From a virus: a DNA stretch of 64,000 bases. Both the position numbers and the translations under genes were made by a program. A model generated the notes under the pieces. That model searched no databases. It had not been told where the DNA came from and was given only the letters and a program-made list of their open reading frames with translations. Where the stretch lies: the IMG/VR virus record IMGVR_UViG_3300035171_000016, positions 1-64,000 of that record. One strand, 5' to 3'. Position 1 is the first letter of the stretch. The number at the start of each line of letters is the position of its first letter. Shown here one piece after another: positions 31,073 through 41,848 of this stretch.

Positions 31073-31558
31073 TTAAATTTTAAAAGTCAAGTTTTTTTCT
31101 ATAATTATATCTGTCATAAGGTCTAAATCATCAAAAATATATTTAGAATACTTATTATTGCGTAATCTGGTTTGAATTATAACGTAGTTTTTTCGTTTAT
31201 ATTCTGGATGGATGCAAATATAGACATTCCTACTAAAAGGCAAGTGTTTAGCGGATTCAAGAATAGCACCTAATTCCAGTAGAGTAATAGGGGCTAGTGT
31301 TTCATGGCTAAAATAAAATAAAATATTTTTACAAACACTTAAATAGTGATGCTCCCAAGTTATCTGAATTTCTTCCTGACGCCTATCTAATGCGTTAAAA
31401 TTTTCACGGCGAGGATTTATTACAGAATAAAAAGGCAATAATTTTTTAGCAACTTTTTCCTGCCAATTCCACGCCCCAGTAATAGAACCAGCTAAAAAAA
31501 TGGAGTTATTAGGAAATTTATTAGCGTAATTAGGGGCTTCTAAATATAAATTATTCAT
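31073..31558 (-). CDS. nucleoside 2-deoxyribosyltransferase-like protein
   Basis: IFLAGSI...WQ...NPRR...QITWE...PITLLELG. Confidence 0.8.
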   Translation of the reverse strand: MNNLYLEAPNYANKFPNNSIFLAGSITGAWNWQEKVAKKLLPFYSVINPRRENFNALDRRQEEIQITWEHHYLSVCKNILFYFSHETLAPITLLELGAILESAKHLPFSRNVYICIHPEYKRKNYVIIQTRLRNNKYSKYIFDDLDLMTDIIIEKNLTFKI

Positions 31559-32355
31559 TAAAGTCCTAAGTCAACAAGTTTAACAATCTTACTGTCATAA
31601 TTTTTAGCATAACTATTACTGACAATAATTTGATTAAATTTAGTTTCTAACTGGCTAAATCCTCTAGAAAAAATGCCGTGACTAACAATTAAAGTTAAAT
31701 CTTTAGGTTTAATTTGATTAGCAATAAGAATGAATGTTCCGCCGCCATCACATAAATCATCTACGATAACACAATTTTGACCTTCACATTTTTCTGGATT
31801 TTTAACCGTAAGAGTTAATGCACCGTTAGACAAGTCGCGGCTTTTCTCGCAATATACAACATCCTTAATATCAAGAAACTTTTTATACAAATCAAGCCTA
31901 GCTAACGCTCCTTTATCTGGACAAATTAATACTACCTCTTTTTTATCATAAGCCTGTAATAACTTACTGTTATTATGACTGCGAGAATTTTCGATTAAAT
32001 CTGTTGAAACCTTGCTATGAATATCAAACAAGTTCACAGAAATAAAATGACAGGAATTAATTAATTTAGAAATAACTTTTAAATCAAAACTGTCACCGGG
32101 CTGCATAATCCTATCAAATCTAGCACTCATCAAATAAGGAATAACAAGCTCTTTTTTAACTGCGCCGATTTCATCTAATGCGCTAGAAACCTCTAATAAC
32201 TGTAAAATTTCTAAACTATTACGAAGCGGAGCAACAACCCTAACCAAATCATTAGGTTTAATTTCGTCTGTATTAACGATAACGTGCGGCTGATTATCTG
32301 GATAAAGAATAAGTTTTACGTTTTGCTGGCGGTCTAAATTTATTGTTTTAAGCAT
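31558..32355 (-). CDS. prs: ribose-phosphate pyrophosphokinase family (Adps-like in a NARP1 context)
   Basis: PYLMSARFDR, DIHS, PDKGA, IVDDLCDGGGTF, VSHGIFS. Confidence 0.88.
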   Translation of the reverse strand: MLKTINLDRQQNVKLILYPDNQPHVIVNTDEIKPNDLVRVVAPLRNSLEILQLLEVSSALDEIGAVKKELVIPYLMSARFDRIMQPGDSFDLKVISKLINSCHFISVNLFDIHSKVSTDLIENSRSHNNSKLLQAYDKKEVVLICPDKGALARLDLYKKFLDIKDVVYCEKSRDLSNGALTLTVKNPEKCEGQNCVIVDDLCDGGGTFILIANQIKPKDLTLIVSHGIFSRGFSQLETKFNQIIVSNSYAKNYDSKIVKLVDLGL

Positions 32356-32397
32356 AAATTAAATATAATGGCTAAATTTTAAAAGTCAATCATTAAG

Positions 32398-32820
32398 TTA
32401 CATTTTATGTCTGGTGACAAATAACTGACCAACAACAAACTTGTTTGGTCGGCAATCTTTCCAAAAATTTTCTTTTAATTCGTGTCCATAGACTAAATTT
32501 AAATAGAAACAAACAGCCGCGCTCCTACTAACGCCAGCAGCACAATGAACAATAAAATTCTTTTCTTTATTTAAATTAATAAAATCTAATAGTTTCAAAG
32601 TACTTTCTACGGAAATAGGGAAAAATTCTTTTCCATTAGGTAAAACATATTTAGAAGTAACATCAGAGAAAACTAATGTTAAAACTCTATTATCTTTTCT
32701 ATCTATTTGTAAAGGATATAAGTCTCTATCTTCCTCATTAATAGAGATTAAAACTGTATTAATAGGCAATTCTTTAATATTTTCCGCAGCAAAACAGTTA
32801 ATGTTTGTGGCTTTTAGCAT
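32398..32820 (-). CDS. Cys-based (PTP/DSP-like) phosphatase
   Basis: VHCAAGVSRS (CX5R). Confidence 0.85.
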   Translation of the reverse strand: MLKATNINCFAAENIKELPINTVLISINEEDRDLYPLQIDRKDNRVLTLVFSDVTSKYVLPNGKEFFPISVESTLKLLDFINLNKEKNFIVHCAAGVSRSAAVCFYLNLVYGHELKENFWKDCRPNKFVVGQLFVTRHKM

Positions 32821-33305
32821 TTACTTTTATCTGGTAATTTACAAATTATAGCATTAGGAAAATAATATTCAATCATTTTACTAACAATATTCCAGTCGGC
32901 CCCGCCTCTATCGCAACCAAAATTATAAGGAAAATAAATATTTTGTCTTTCTGGCGTCCATGCGTATTCAAACTTTAAAATAGTTTCAAAAGCTAATTTT
33001 AAAGCACCGTAATCTGTGTATCTTTGACCATCATAACCATAATTCAATTGTCCAAAAATGTTACATATAACAAGACTTTTACCTAATCTAACTGGTAAAA
33101 TATCTCCAAGCAATCTAATTGAAGCGTTTTCGCGCCCTTCATTTTCTTCTATTTTACTAATATATTTATTATATTCATTATAAACTACCGGCCATTTTTC
33201 TCTAATAGACTTAGCCAAACCACTATTCATTTTACCCTGACAATTTACTTGCTGACAGATAATACCGGACTCTACTGTTAAAATATCTTTTTCAATTATT
33301 TTCAT
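32814..33305 (-). CDS. macro domain (ADP-ribose-binding/processing) protein
   Basis: DIL...QQVNCQGKMNSGLAKSI...NIFGQ...FGCDRGGADW. Confidence 0.85.
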   Translation of the reverse strand: MKIIEKDILTVESGIICQQVNCQGKMNSGLAKSIREKWPVVYNEYNKYISKIEENEGRENASIRLLGDILPVRLGKSLVICNIFGQLNYGYDGQRYTDYGALKLAFETILKFEYAWTPERQNIYFPYNFGCDRGGADWNIVSKMIEYYFPNAIICKLPDKSKC

Positions 33306-33772
33306 ACAGAATCATAATCTACAATTGATTGATTTTCCTCATTAACGATACGATTATGTTTAGTTAATTTATTTAATTTAATTAATTCTTTAAGAATAAT
33401 GTTTTTAGCCTTAACTATATTATAAGCAAAAACATAGGTATGAGTGCCTTTTCCTACTTTACTTTTTTGTAATGGCCCGCAATTAGCCATTTCACAGGCT
33501 AGACCGGCAGCAATTTTTTCTAAATCAGTATTTTTCACGCTTAAATTGTATCGGATTAATTTAGTATGTCAAGAAATATTTACCATTCCCACCAGCTTCT
33601 ATAAAATAATTCAATTTTACAATTAGGACAAAAACAAGATTCTATTTCTAGACTATCCGTGTTTTCAAAAATGAATTTACATTTTTCGCATTGGATTTTA
33701 CAGTTGCCGTTTGGTAAATCGCCAGCAAAGAATCCTACGGGAGCATTTATATCGTCAGATACTTTCATATTT

Positions 33773-34336
33773 CTAACCAAAAATTCCATTTCCGCCATTA
33801 TATAACATATCCACAAGCTTAACCTTACCCTTTTTAAACTTAGAAGTAAGAAGTTTGGCATCTGCTTTTCCTACAATATCTCTATCTTCTACATAGAAAA
33901 AGATAGGAGTTTTAGGAATTATTTTTAAATTTTTTCCGTTTTGATATGCTCCAAGCTGGCCTTTGGTAAATGCGGTAAAAATTTTGTTTCCGGCGGGCTT
34001 ATTATAATTAACAGTACAATTATATTGAGGCTCTCCAATGTTTTGTTTTATATCTTTTTTATGTTTTTTTTGTTCTTTAAGCCAAAAAGTAAGAGTTTCG
34101 CTTTTATCACCATGCGAACTATAAAAAGTAATGACTTCTTTAAATTTGTTTTCTTGTAGAATTGTTCTGGCTTCTTTTTGAAATTTATTGGCAGTTGTGG
34201 CAACAATATATCTATATTCAAGTTTATCAAGTTTATTACGAAAACCTTCTATCTGTGTCTTAGCTGGGGCGTAAGTTCCGCCATAAGGCAAGCCGTCAAT
34301 AACTGCAACATTATCGCCTATGTAATGAGTAATCAT
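33773..34336 (-). CDS. hypothetical protein
   Basis: 187 aa ORF. Confidence 0.6.
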   Translation of the reverse strand: MITHYIGDNVAVIDGLPYGGTYAPAKTQIEGFRNKLDKLEYRYIVATTANKFQKEARTILQENKFKEVITFYSSHGDKSETLTFWLKEQKKHKKDIKQNIGEPQYNCTVNYNKPAGNKIFTAFTKGQLGAYQNGKNLKIIPKTPIFFYVEDRDIVGKADAKLLTSKFKKGKVKLVDMLYNGGNGIFG

Positions 34337-34364
34337 AGATTATTTAATTATTTATTGATTATTA

Positions 34365-34775
34365 TTAAAATTCGTCGCCGCTTTCTTCGTCTGGATTTAA
34401 AGCTTCGTTAATATCAACTAAATGCGTATCGGCCCCGATTTTTTTAGTAATCACTAATGGAGACGAGCCGCTTTCTTGTAAATAGACGCCTTTAACCTTT
34501 TGAACGGTTTGCTCCGCGCATTTAAGGCAGGCGAATTCATTCTCATATAAACCTAGAAATTTCAAAGCTTCAACACGTTCGCCTGATATTCTAGTTTGAC
34601 AAAAACAGCAATAATAATCACGGCCATCGCTGGTTACGGGTTCTTCGCCAACAATTTCAGCCTCAATTACTTCGTTTTTCTTTGGCAGAAAATCGCTGGC
34701 ATTATAGTTGTAAATCGGTTTAGGGGAAGGCTTAAATACTTCTTCACCAGTTTCTTTACATTTTAAAATTTGCAT
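34365..34775 (-). CDS. DksA/TraR-like C4 zinc-finger protein
   Basis: CCFCQTRISGERVEAL...CLKCAE. Confidence 0.55.
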   Translation of the reverse strand: MQILKCKETGEEVFKPSPKPIYNYNASDFLPKKNEVIEAEIVGEEPVTSDGRDYYCCFCQTRISGERVEALKFLGLYENEFACLKCAEQTVQKVKGVYLQESGSSPLVITKKIGADTHLVDINEALNPDEESGDEF

Positions 34776-34828
34776 AGATAAATTTAATATAAGGTATAAA
34801 AGTTAAAAGTCAATAGTTTTTTAAAATT

Positions 34829-35578
34829 TTATAAATCTGAATAATTTTTAATTTCTACTTTACCGTTAAAGATTAGTATATATTGAGACATATTAGTATC
34901 AAGGCAATAATTACCTTGTTTTTCTTGTATTTTATAATCTTGTCTAAAAGTATGGCCCACAATCTGCTTTAAGCCATCAATAGGACTAAATTCTTCATCC
35001 CAGTCAAGCCAACACCAGCCGCCGAATTTCTGGCTACCGCCGCGAGCATAACCTGCGCGATAAGTCCAATAGCTTCCGCCAGACTCTAGGCTTAATTTAG
35101 TTAAAAATATTTCTCTTTCAAGATAATTAATTAAATATTTTTTATTTGTAATATCTGTTTTTGGTAAAATATGATTAGGATGAATGCCTGCGTGCGTCAA
35201 TAGAATATTATCATCTATTAAAACATAATGTAAAAACTTATCTCTAATTAAAGGTAATTTTTTCTCCAAATGAAAAGTAATTAATTTATCTTTCCAGTTA
35301 GTATAGCCAGAACAAATAGCCGGTTTATTATTATATAGATATTGCCAATCATGGTTCCCGCCAATTGTATAAAAGTTATCGTTAAAGATATATTTCTTTA
35401 GTATTTGGCAAGTTTTTTCTACATCCGAGCCGGTATTATAAAAATAAGAATCAAACCAATCCCCTAAACAAACCGCAACATCATAGTTTTCCTTTGTTAA
35501 AATATTATTTAGTTTAACATGGTCTTGATGCGGGTCCGAAAAGACAAGGATTTTTTTATTTTGGCTATTAAGCTGCAT
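34829..35578 (-). CDS. calcineurin-like metallophosphoesterase
   Basis: DPH, GDWFD, GNHD, THAG, GHT. Confidence 0.87.
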   Translation of the reverse strand: MQLNSQNKKILVFSDPHQDHVKLNNILTKENYDVAVCLGDWFDSYFYNTGSDVEKTCQILKKYIFNDNFYTIGGNHDWQYLYNNKPAICSGYTNWKDKLITFHLEKKLPLIRDKFLHYVLIDDNILLTHAGIHPNHILPKTDITNKKYLINYLEREIFLTKLSLESGGSYWTYRAGYARGGSQKFGGWCWLDWDEEFSPIDGLKQIVGHTFRQDYKIQEKQGNYCLDTNMSQYILIFNGKVEIKNYSDL

Positions 35579-35678
35579 TTAATTAAATTTCTCCGTTCCA
35601 AAGTTATAGACCATATAAAAAAACAACGATATTGAGGATAATATAGTCTATCTTTTAAAATAACTCTGACTTTCATAT

Positions 35679-36353
35679 TTAATATTTAAATTTATGGTTA
35701 ACTATACGAGTTCTAACTGGATTTGTCAACTCATATTTTCCATATTCATTTCTTTCTAAAATCCAATATTCGCAATTTTTAGGATTGCTAATAGTTTCAA
35801 ATTGCTCAACCGTCCAATGCAGCCAACGCATTAGAAAAATTCTATTTAAATATCCATGTCCATAAATTAAACAATTGGTAGGAAAATTATCATTTTTAAA
35901 ATCTCTGTGCATTGTATGGCAATAATCGCTTACCCGGTCATAGCAATCGCCGCCACTCTCGCCGCCATTAAATCGGTAATAAAATGAACTATAAGAATCT
36001 CTTTCTTTTTGTATTTCCCAAATAGATTCTGTTTTTCTAAACGAATTAGACCATTCCTGCTCTCTTAGGCGCGGTTCTTCCTTTAAAAACGATGGTTTAT
36101 TAAAAGCTGGATTATTTCTAAATATATTTAAAGAAACATCCATTGTTTCGCGGGAACGGAAAAACGGAGAATAATAGCATCCATAAGTATCGTTTTTAAT
36201 TATATTTGAAAGTTCATAGCCTAATATTTTAGCCTGTTCTATTCCTTTTCCGGTCAGTCTTAAAGCATAATCTGGAATAGTAGAGTAAATATCTTTATTT
36301 ACTTGCCCCTCTGATTCTCCGTGTCTAATTAATATAATACGTTTAGGCTTCAT
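35679..36353 (-). CDS. histidine phosphatase (phosphoglycerate mutase family)
   Basis: LIRHGES, SPFFR..ET, LREQ, GES, HG. Confidence 0.9.
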   Translation of the reverse strand: MKPKRIILIRHGESEGQVNKDIYSTIPDYALRLTGKGIEQAKILGYELSNIIKNDTYGCYYSPFFRSRETMDVSLNIFRNNPAFNKPSFLKEEPRLREQEWSNSFRKTESIWEIQKERDSYSSFYYRFNGGESGGDCYDRVSDYCHTMHRDFKNDNFPTNCLIYGHGYLNRIFLMRWLHWTVEQFETISNPKNCEYWILERNEYGKYELTNPVRTRIVNHKFKY

Positions 36354-36513
36354 TATTTAGCCATATCATCTATTATTGGAGTTACAATAAAACCAAATAT
36401 ACCAAGCATCAAAAGCGTAGAGCCGGTATAATTAATATTTAAATCTAGTAATACCGTGCCGGAAAGAATGAATACTATTGAAGTAAATAGTATTTTAAAA
36501 AATGTTTTCATAA

Positions 36514-36774
36514 TTATTTTTTTGATTTATAGTAATAAGCTAAACTAATCCAAACAATATTTGCTGCCGCCAGCAAAACGCCGCCATAAAAAGAATACAT
36601 TTGATTTAAACTAGGATAATAGTATATATTCCAAACTCCCCAGCTTGTAAAAAATATAGAAACTGGAAGATATAACCCCATTACCTTTTTATCTCTAATT
36701 AATTTAAAAACATTAAACCAAACTAAAATGCCGCCAGAACATTCAAATAAACCGTTAACTAAATCATTGTTCAT
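36514..36774 (-). CDS. small three-TM membrane protein (SemiSWEET/PQ-loop-like)
   Basis: Three hydrophobic segments; LIRDKKVMG...W..YY...AN. Confidence 0.5.
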   Translation of the reverse strand: MNNDLVNGLFECSGGILVWFNVFKLIRDKKVMGLYLPVSIFFTSWGVWNIYYYPSLNQMYSFYGGVLLAAANIVWISLAYYYKSKK

Positions 36775-38128
36775 ATTTTAAATTTTGTAACCATTGCCAA
36801 AAACTACCGTTATTTCTTTTTGTTTTGGCGTCTAATCTAAGTTTTTTTCTTTGTTCTGGCGTATATGACTCAAAACGCCTACTTGAAGCCTCTACACTCG
36901 CAAAAACAGCGGCTCGGTCAAATTTCGGCAAATTCTTTAGATTGCTCTTTGTTGTTTTGTTTTTCTTTTTCATATTCTTCTAGTTCCCAAATAGCAAACT
37001 CAGTATGTTCTGGCGATTTAAATAGATTTTTAATTGCCAGTTTCTTTTCGTCTAATGATAGTTGTGCGAACATAAGAAAAGGCTAATGGATATTTTTAAA
37101 AAGTCAATATAATTCTAAAGACATTGAGCCGCAACTTGGACATTTAGCCGGATTTATATTTTGATTTGAATGGTTTCTTATTCCGCCACCAAAATTTCTA
37201 ATTACATCAAAAGCTCGCTCGCATCTTTTACATACTACCGTAAACTGCGCCCCTGTTTCCATAATAGAGCGATTATTTAACATTCTATTTGCGCTACAAT
37301 CTGAAAAATTAATTCTAGCCATATTAATATAAACTTTCAATTACTCTTTCATACACAAAATCAGGAAAATCATTATTTAGCTTTTCTAATTCTATTTCGG
37401 TCATTGGTCGGCCATCGTAATCAGCACTTTCAATATAAGCATCGCAAAAATCAGGATAATCCCATTTGTGAATGCCAGTAACAGTAACATTTGATATTTT
37501 TGATAAATCCATAAAATATTATTTTAAATCTTTATGTCTATTTTTACTAATTAGACTTTCTATATCATGTAATACCTCATTGAAAATAATATCAAATACC
37601 ATAGATTCGTTACCCCATTTCTTTCTATATTCTTGATATTCAGGACTAAAAGCATCTTTGAACCTTTTCGGAACAGGAACTAAATCAGAACCGTCTTGGT
37701 GATGAAACCACATCCCATCAAGTCTTTTCCAAATTGCTATCAGTTTTTCGTCTCTTTCACTAGATTTCATAAAAATGACTATAACTTATTTATTTGGCTT
37801 TGTCAAAGTTATTCGTGTAAATTTTATTAATGAAGATTACATTTAATACATATACAAAATCTAATTCAATTGAAAGAATGAAAGAATTAGCTTTGATTAA
37901 GTATTTGGCTTGGGGCTCTTTGATTTATTATAGTTTATTTTGACTAGATACAAAAGGGTAATATAATAGGCCAAAATAAAACCATTAATATAATTAATAA
38001 AATATTTAAAACCGCCTCGACTAAAATATCCCACCTAAACGGAACCCCTATCCAAAAAAGAACCGTGGCAGATATTAGACCGCCGATTGAGCAGTAAACT
38101 AAAAGAAGGTTGTATATTAATGAAATCA

Positions 38129-39070
38129 TTATTCTTTAATTAGTTCCATATATTTATGGCCGTCAACAGTTAATCTACGTCCTAAAGCCGGTTTTACTTC
38201 AATTAGCCCCATTTTCATAGGATATAATTCGGTATATTTTCTTGTTGCATCTGGCGTTGCATTGAGCATACTAGCTACTCTAGTAAGGCTGGAATTAGGA
38301 TATTTTTTAAGAATTTTAAGTAGTTTAATTTCATTACCACTCAAACCTAGCTCAAAAAGCCCCATTTCTCTATAAAATCCTATCCATTCTTTACTAGAAA
38401 ATGTATTTGTATTACTTCTAGATAGAAATGCCAGAAGGTCATTAGATAGTATTTGGGCTTGTCTAGGATTACTTCTAACTACTTTAACAACTCTATCCAA
38501 TAATCCATCCTCTATGTCATATTTGGACAAATTATTTCTAATTATTTGTTTTAAATTATCAGTAGTATAATCGTCCATATCAATAACGCGAAGCCTGTCT
38601 AATAGCGCATGATGAACGGTTTGTGCCTCGGTAGTACAAAACGCAACAGAAAAGTCTTTAAAATTAAAAATATAATCTTGGCCAGCGTGAGTATATTTAG
38701 TAATGTTATCTTTTTTAGGTTCTAAAATAGTTAGAAACGCAATTGCTATATCTATATTTAAATTTTCAATTTCATCTATAAATAGTAAAACCTTTGAACC
38801 TACTACATATTGATTTACAACTCCAAAAAAATCATCAAGACTTTTTAATTCTGCGGCGTTAGTTTCTACCAATGTTCTATTCATTCCGCCCGCAACCAAC
38901 CTAACTAAACTGGTTTTTCCTGTACCTTTAGAGCCAGTAAGTAAAATATTTGGCATTATTCCAGAAGAATGAAAGTTATTAATATAAAAACTTAATCTTC
39001 TTTTTGTATTATCCAAGCCAACTAAATCACCGAAATATTGATTATCTTCTCTGTTATTGTTTTCTATCAT
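38129..39070 (-). CDS. ruvB: RuvB-like AAA+ ATPase
   Basis: GSKGTGKT, LFIDEIE, TTE...ALLDR, R.NPR.A, C-terminal E.Y....GLI....GR. Confidence 0.78.
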   Translation of the reverse strand: MIENNNREDNQYFGDLVGLDNTKRRLSFYINNFHSSGIMPNILLTGSKGTGKTSLVRLVAGGMNRTLVETNAAELKSLDDFFGVVNQYVVGSKVLLFIDEIENLNIDIAIAFLTILEPKKDNITKYTHAGQDYIFNFKDFSVAFCTTEAQTVHHALLDRLRVIDMDDYTTDNLKQIIRNNLSKYDIEDGLLDRVVKVVRSNPRQAQILSNDLLAFLSRSNTNTFSSKEWIGFYREMGLFELGLSGNEIKLLKILKKYPNSSLTRVASMLNATPDATRKYTELYPMKMGLIEVKPALGRRLTVDGHKYMELIKE

Positions 39071-39110
39071 ATTTGCTTATAGTTTAGACTAGTATTGTAA
39101 TTTTGTCAAG

Positions 39111-39371
39111 TTAATAGCCGTAAGGATATTCTTTATCTGTATTGAATCTTTTGGAATTTTTAGAAGCAATAATAATTCTAGCGTCTTGATAAAAACCAAA
39201 TCTTTTATTAATTTCTTTTATAGATTGGCCTATTGCTAGATTATAATATTCCCCGACATTAGAAAAACTAGCGTCGGGCCAGCTTGTAAAAAAATATAAA
39301 TCCTCTTTTCTAATTATATAGTCAGCATCAGTTAACCCTGTTTTAAAAATATAACCTTTAGGAACATTCAT
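39111..39371 (-). CDS. YPxGY-tail family small protein
   Basis: VPKGY; ends RFNTDKEYPYGY. Confidence 0.8.
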   Translation of the reverse strand: MNVPKGYIFKTGLTDADYIIRKEDLYFFTSWPDASFSNVGEYYNLAIGQSIKEINKRFGFYQDARIIIASKNSKRFNTDKEYPYGY

Positions 39372-39376
39372 TTAGT

Positions 39377-39566
39377 TTAATAGCCATAAGGGTATGGTTT
39401 ATCGGTTGCGAATCTTTTTTCTATTTCTTTTTCTTCTTTAATTATAAATGCATTTTTTTTTGTAGTCCCAAACAACATTAACAGGAATTTTATATAAATC
39501 ACTGTTTATATAATTAGCATAATTATAAATAGGCATATTAATTATAAAATCATCAAAACCTTTCAT
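39377..39566 (-). pseudogene. YPxGY-tail family member frameshifted at an A9 run
   Basis: ATG at 39566; removing one A from the run at 39453-39461 gives 62 aa ending RFATDKPYPYGY. Confidence 0.6.
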
Positions 39567-40003
39567 ATTATTTTAATAAAAAACCACAACTACAAACAAA
39601 ATCGCCGCCAGAATTAGAATATTTAATAAACAAAAGACCGTTTTTACAATTAGGACATTTAATAGAAGTATTTCTATTTTCTCTATTTACCATAAAAGGA
39701 TTTTCTTTAACAAAATTAGCCTGAACCGGAATATTATTATTCTTCATTTTTCTTTTTGGCTTTATGGCTATAAAAAATACTAATTGTTAAATAATCATCG
39801 GTATACTCGCCCTCGCCAGAAGAACTTTGGCTTTGTAGAATATTTTCGATTTTTACATTATTTTTATAAAGAAAATCATTAATAGCATCTTCCATATAAA
39901 AGACTTGATTACCTATTTTTTCGTAATTTATAACGCCATTTTTAGATTTAAAAATTTTACAGAACATTAGGTTAGTTTATTATTGTTTTGTTTTTAAGTC
40001 AAG

Positions 40004-40366
40004 TTAAATTTCAGTATTTGTATCAGATTCTTTATTTTTATTTCCATTTAGGATTTTTTTTGATAAAGAAGTAACAAATAGGTTTTTTTGTTGAGCCTGC
40101 CAATTTTTAACTTTATTATCAAATTCCGCACACTTTTTAACTTCCCATTTGATTTTCTTATCTAAATTTACTATTTCAGCATGAGTTCTTTCAGCTCTTT
40201 CCTGTAATTCATCTGTAAAATTAGTTTCAAGAGTTTTTAAAATATACTCTAATTCGGCATTTTTTCTTTTAATTAAAGACGTTAGGAATGCGCTAGTTGA
40301 CGACAAAAGAGAATATTCATTACTAATATCTTTTTCAGAAATTTTCTTGATTCTCTTTTTGTTCAT
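40004..40366 (-). CDS. coiled-coil hypothetical protein
   Basis: Start moved to MNKKRIK, downstream of a GTGTAA motif. Confidence 0.55.
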   Translation of the reverse strand: MNKKRIKKISEKDISNEYSLLSSTSAFLTSLIKRKNAELEYILKTLETNFTDELQERAERTHAEIVNLDKKIKWEVKKCAEFDNKVKNWQAQQKNLFVTSLSKKILNGNKNKESDTNTEI

Positions 40367-40714
40367 GTCAGTATTTACACTTTCAAACATATAATAGTAA
40401 GATATTATTTATTATTGATATAGTTTATATAATTATTGCAAATTTTATTAAGATTTTTTAATTCTTGGTTTTTTCGATATTGTTTTGTTTTTTCTATCCA
40501 TAATCTATAATTAGATTGCCTGAAAATGTAGCAGGTAGTTCGACAAAGTAGTTTAGTTACTAACGCCGAAATATAGAAATAATGATTAGTAATATTAAAT
40601 CTTTTAATTCTATTATGAATATTTGGGTCTCTAATTTCGATTCTTAATGAGTATTTTTTAATCATGTTTATAGTTTATAATAGCATATTTATTGTTTTTT
40701 GTCAATTAATACTT

Positions 40715-41425
40715 CTAATGCTTAACTTTTTCTAATGTCTCGACAATATACCTCACAATTCCAGAGCGCATAATATCTTCACTTGAAAGTTTAATATGAA
40801 TAATTCCCTGTTTGCGGCTATCCTCGTTATCAAATATATCAATTATTTGTTTAAATCCAGAATTACCATTAACATCAGATTGCATTGTGTCGCCAACAAG
40901 AATCATTTTAGAAAACTGGCCTATTCTAGTAATTAAGGTAACTAATTCTTTGTATGTAAAATTCTGGGTTTCGTCCGCAATAATAAACTTAGAATTAAAA
41001 GATGAACCACGAAGAAAGTTGACCGGCAAACATTTAATTCTATCTTCTTTAAAAAGCCTGTCTATTTCTAGTTTATTTAATAATTCATGTAGTTTATCTT
41101 CCAAAGGAATGATGAATGGCTTAAACTTATCAGACTCCGCTCCCGGAAGGAACCCTAGGCTTTTAGAGGCACTTTCAATAACGGTTCTGACATATAGAAG
41201 CTCGCTAACTCTTTTTTCCTGTAAATACTTTAGAGCAGCTAATACAGAAAGTAATGTTTTAGAGCTACCGGCGGGTCCAGAAATAAAGATTATTTTATTT
41301 TCTTTATTTAATAATTGCTTAATTATTTCTATTTGTCTTTCTGTCCATTTAAACTCTTTAATTTCAAAATTTTGACTAATCTTTTCACGTTGAACAACTC
41401 GAACGGACTTGTCTATTTTTTTCAT
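40715..41425 (-). CDS. phoH: PhoH-family ATPase
   Basis: GPAGSSKT, LGFLPG, FLRG, DETQN, ITRIG, GD..QSD, DIMRS. Confidence 0.92.
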   Translation of the reverse strand: MKKIDKSVRVVQREKISQNFEIKEFKWTERQIEIIKQLLNKENKIIFISGPAGSSKTLLSVLAALKYLQEKRVSELLYVRTVIESASKSLGFLPGAESDKFKPFIIPLEDKLHELLNKLEIDRLFKEDRIKCLPVNFLRGSSFNSKFIIADETQNFTYKELVTLITRIGQFSKMILVGDTMQSDVNGNSGFKQIIDIFDNEDSRKQGIIHIKLSSEDIMRSGIVRYIVETLEKVKH

Positions 41426-41437
41426 TATTATTATATA

Positions 41438-41443
41438 TTACAC
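41438..41443 (-). promoter_or_regulatory. GTGTAA putative late/phage-sigma promoter motif (representative)
   Basis: GTGTAA lies a short distance upstream of starts at 40366, 41425, 41848, 44646, 46541, 46785(+), 47529, 52889 and 59282. Confidence 0.6.
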
Positions 41444-41470
41444 CATATTAACCATTTACCTATTATATCT

Positions 41471-41848
41471 TTATTTTTTATATTTTAACTCTACTTTATT
41501 AAAAAACTTAGTTGAGGTTTTATTATGGCGAGAAACGTATAAAAACTTGTATTTGTGGATGGCAGTAAAATATAGTTGACTTCCAATGCCCATTTTTCTA
41601 TATTCTGGTGATACAAAGACGTAAAATGTTTTACACTTATTTCCATCCTTATCTTTATTATTATTTTGAAAAACAAACGCCCAGCCAATTATTTTATTTT
41701 GAATTTTAGCTATAATAACGAAACCATGATTATTTCTAAATTTAGACCGCAAAAGACCATCTGGATAAGTTAATTCTAAAAGTTTTATTTTTTCTTTTTT
41801 AGTAACTTGACTTTTATTTTTACAAATATAGATGATGCTTGGCGGCAT
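41471..41848 (-). CDS. GNAT acetyltransferase
   Basis: VFVSPEYRKMGIGSQL acetyl-CoA motif. Confidence 0.78.
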   Translation of the reverse strand: MPPSIIYICKNKSQVTKKEKIKLLELTYPDGLLRSKFRNNHGFVIIAKIQNKIIGWAFVFQNNNKDKDGNKCKTFYVFVSPEYRKMGIGSQLYFTAIHKYKFLYVSRHNKTSTKFFNKVELKYKK

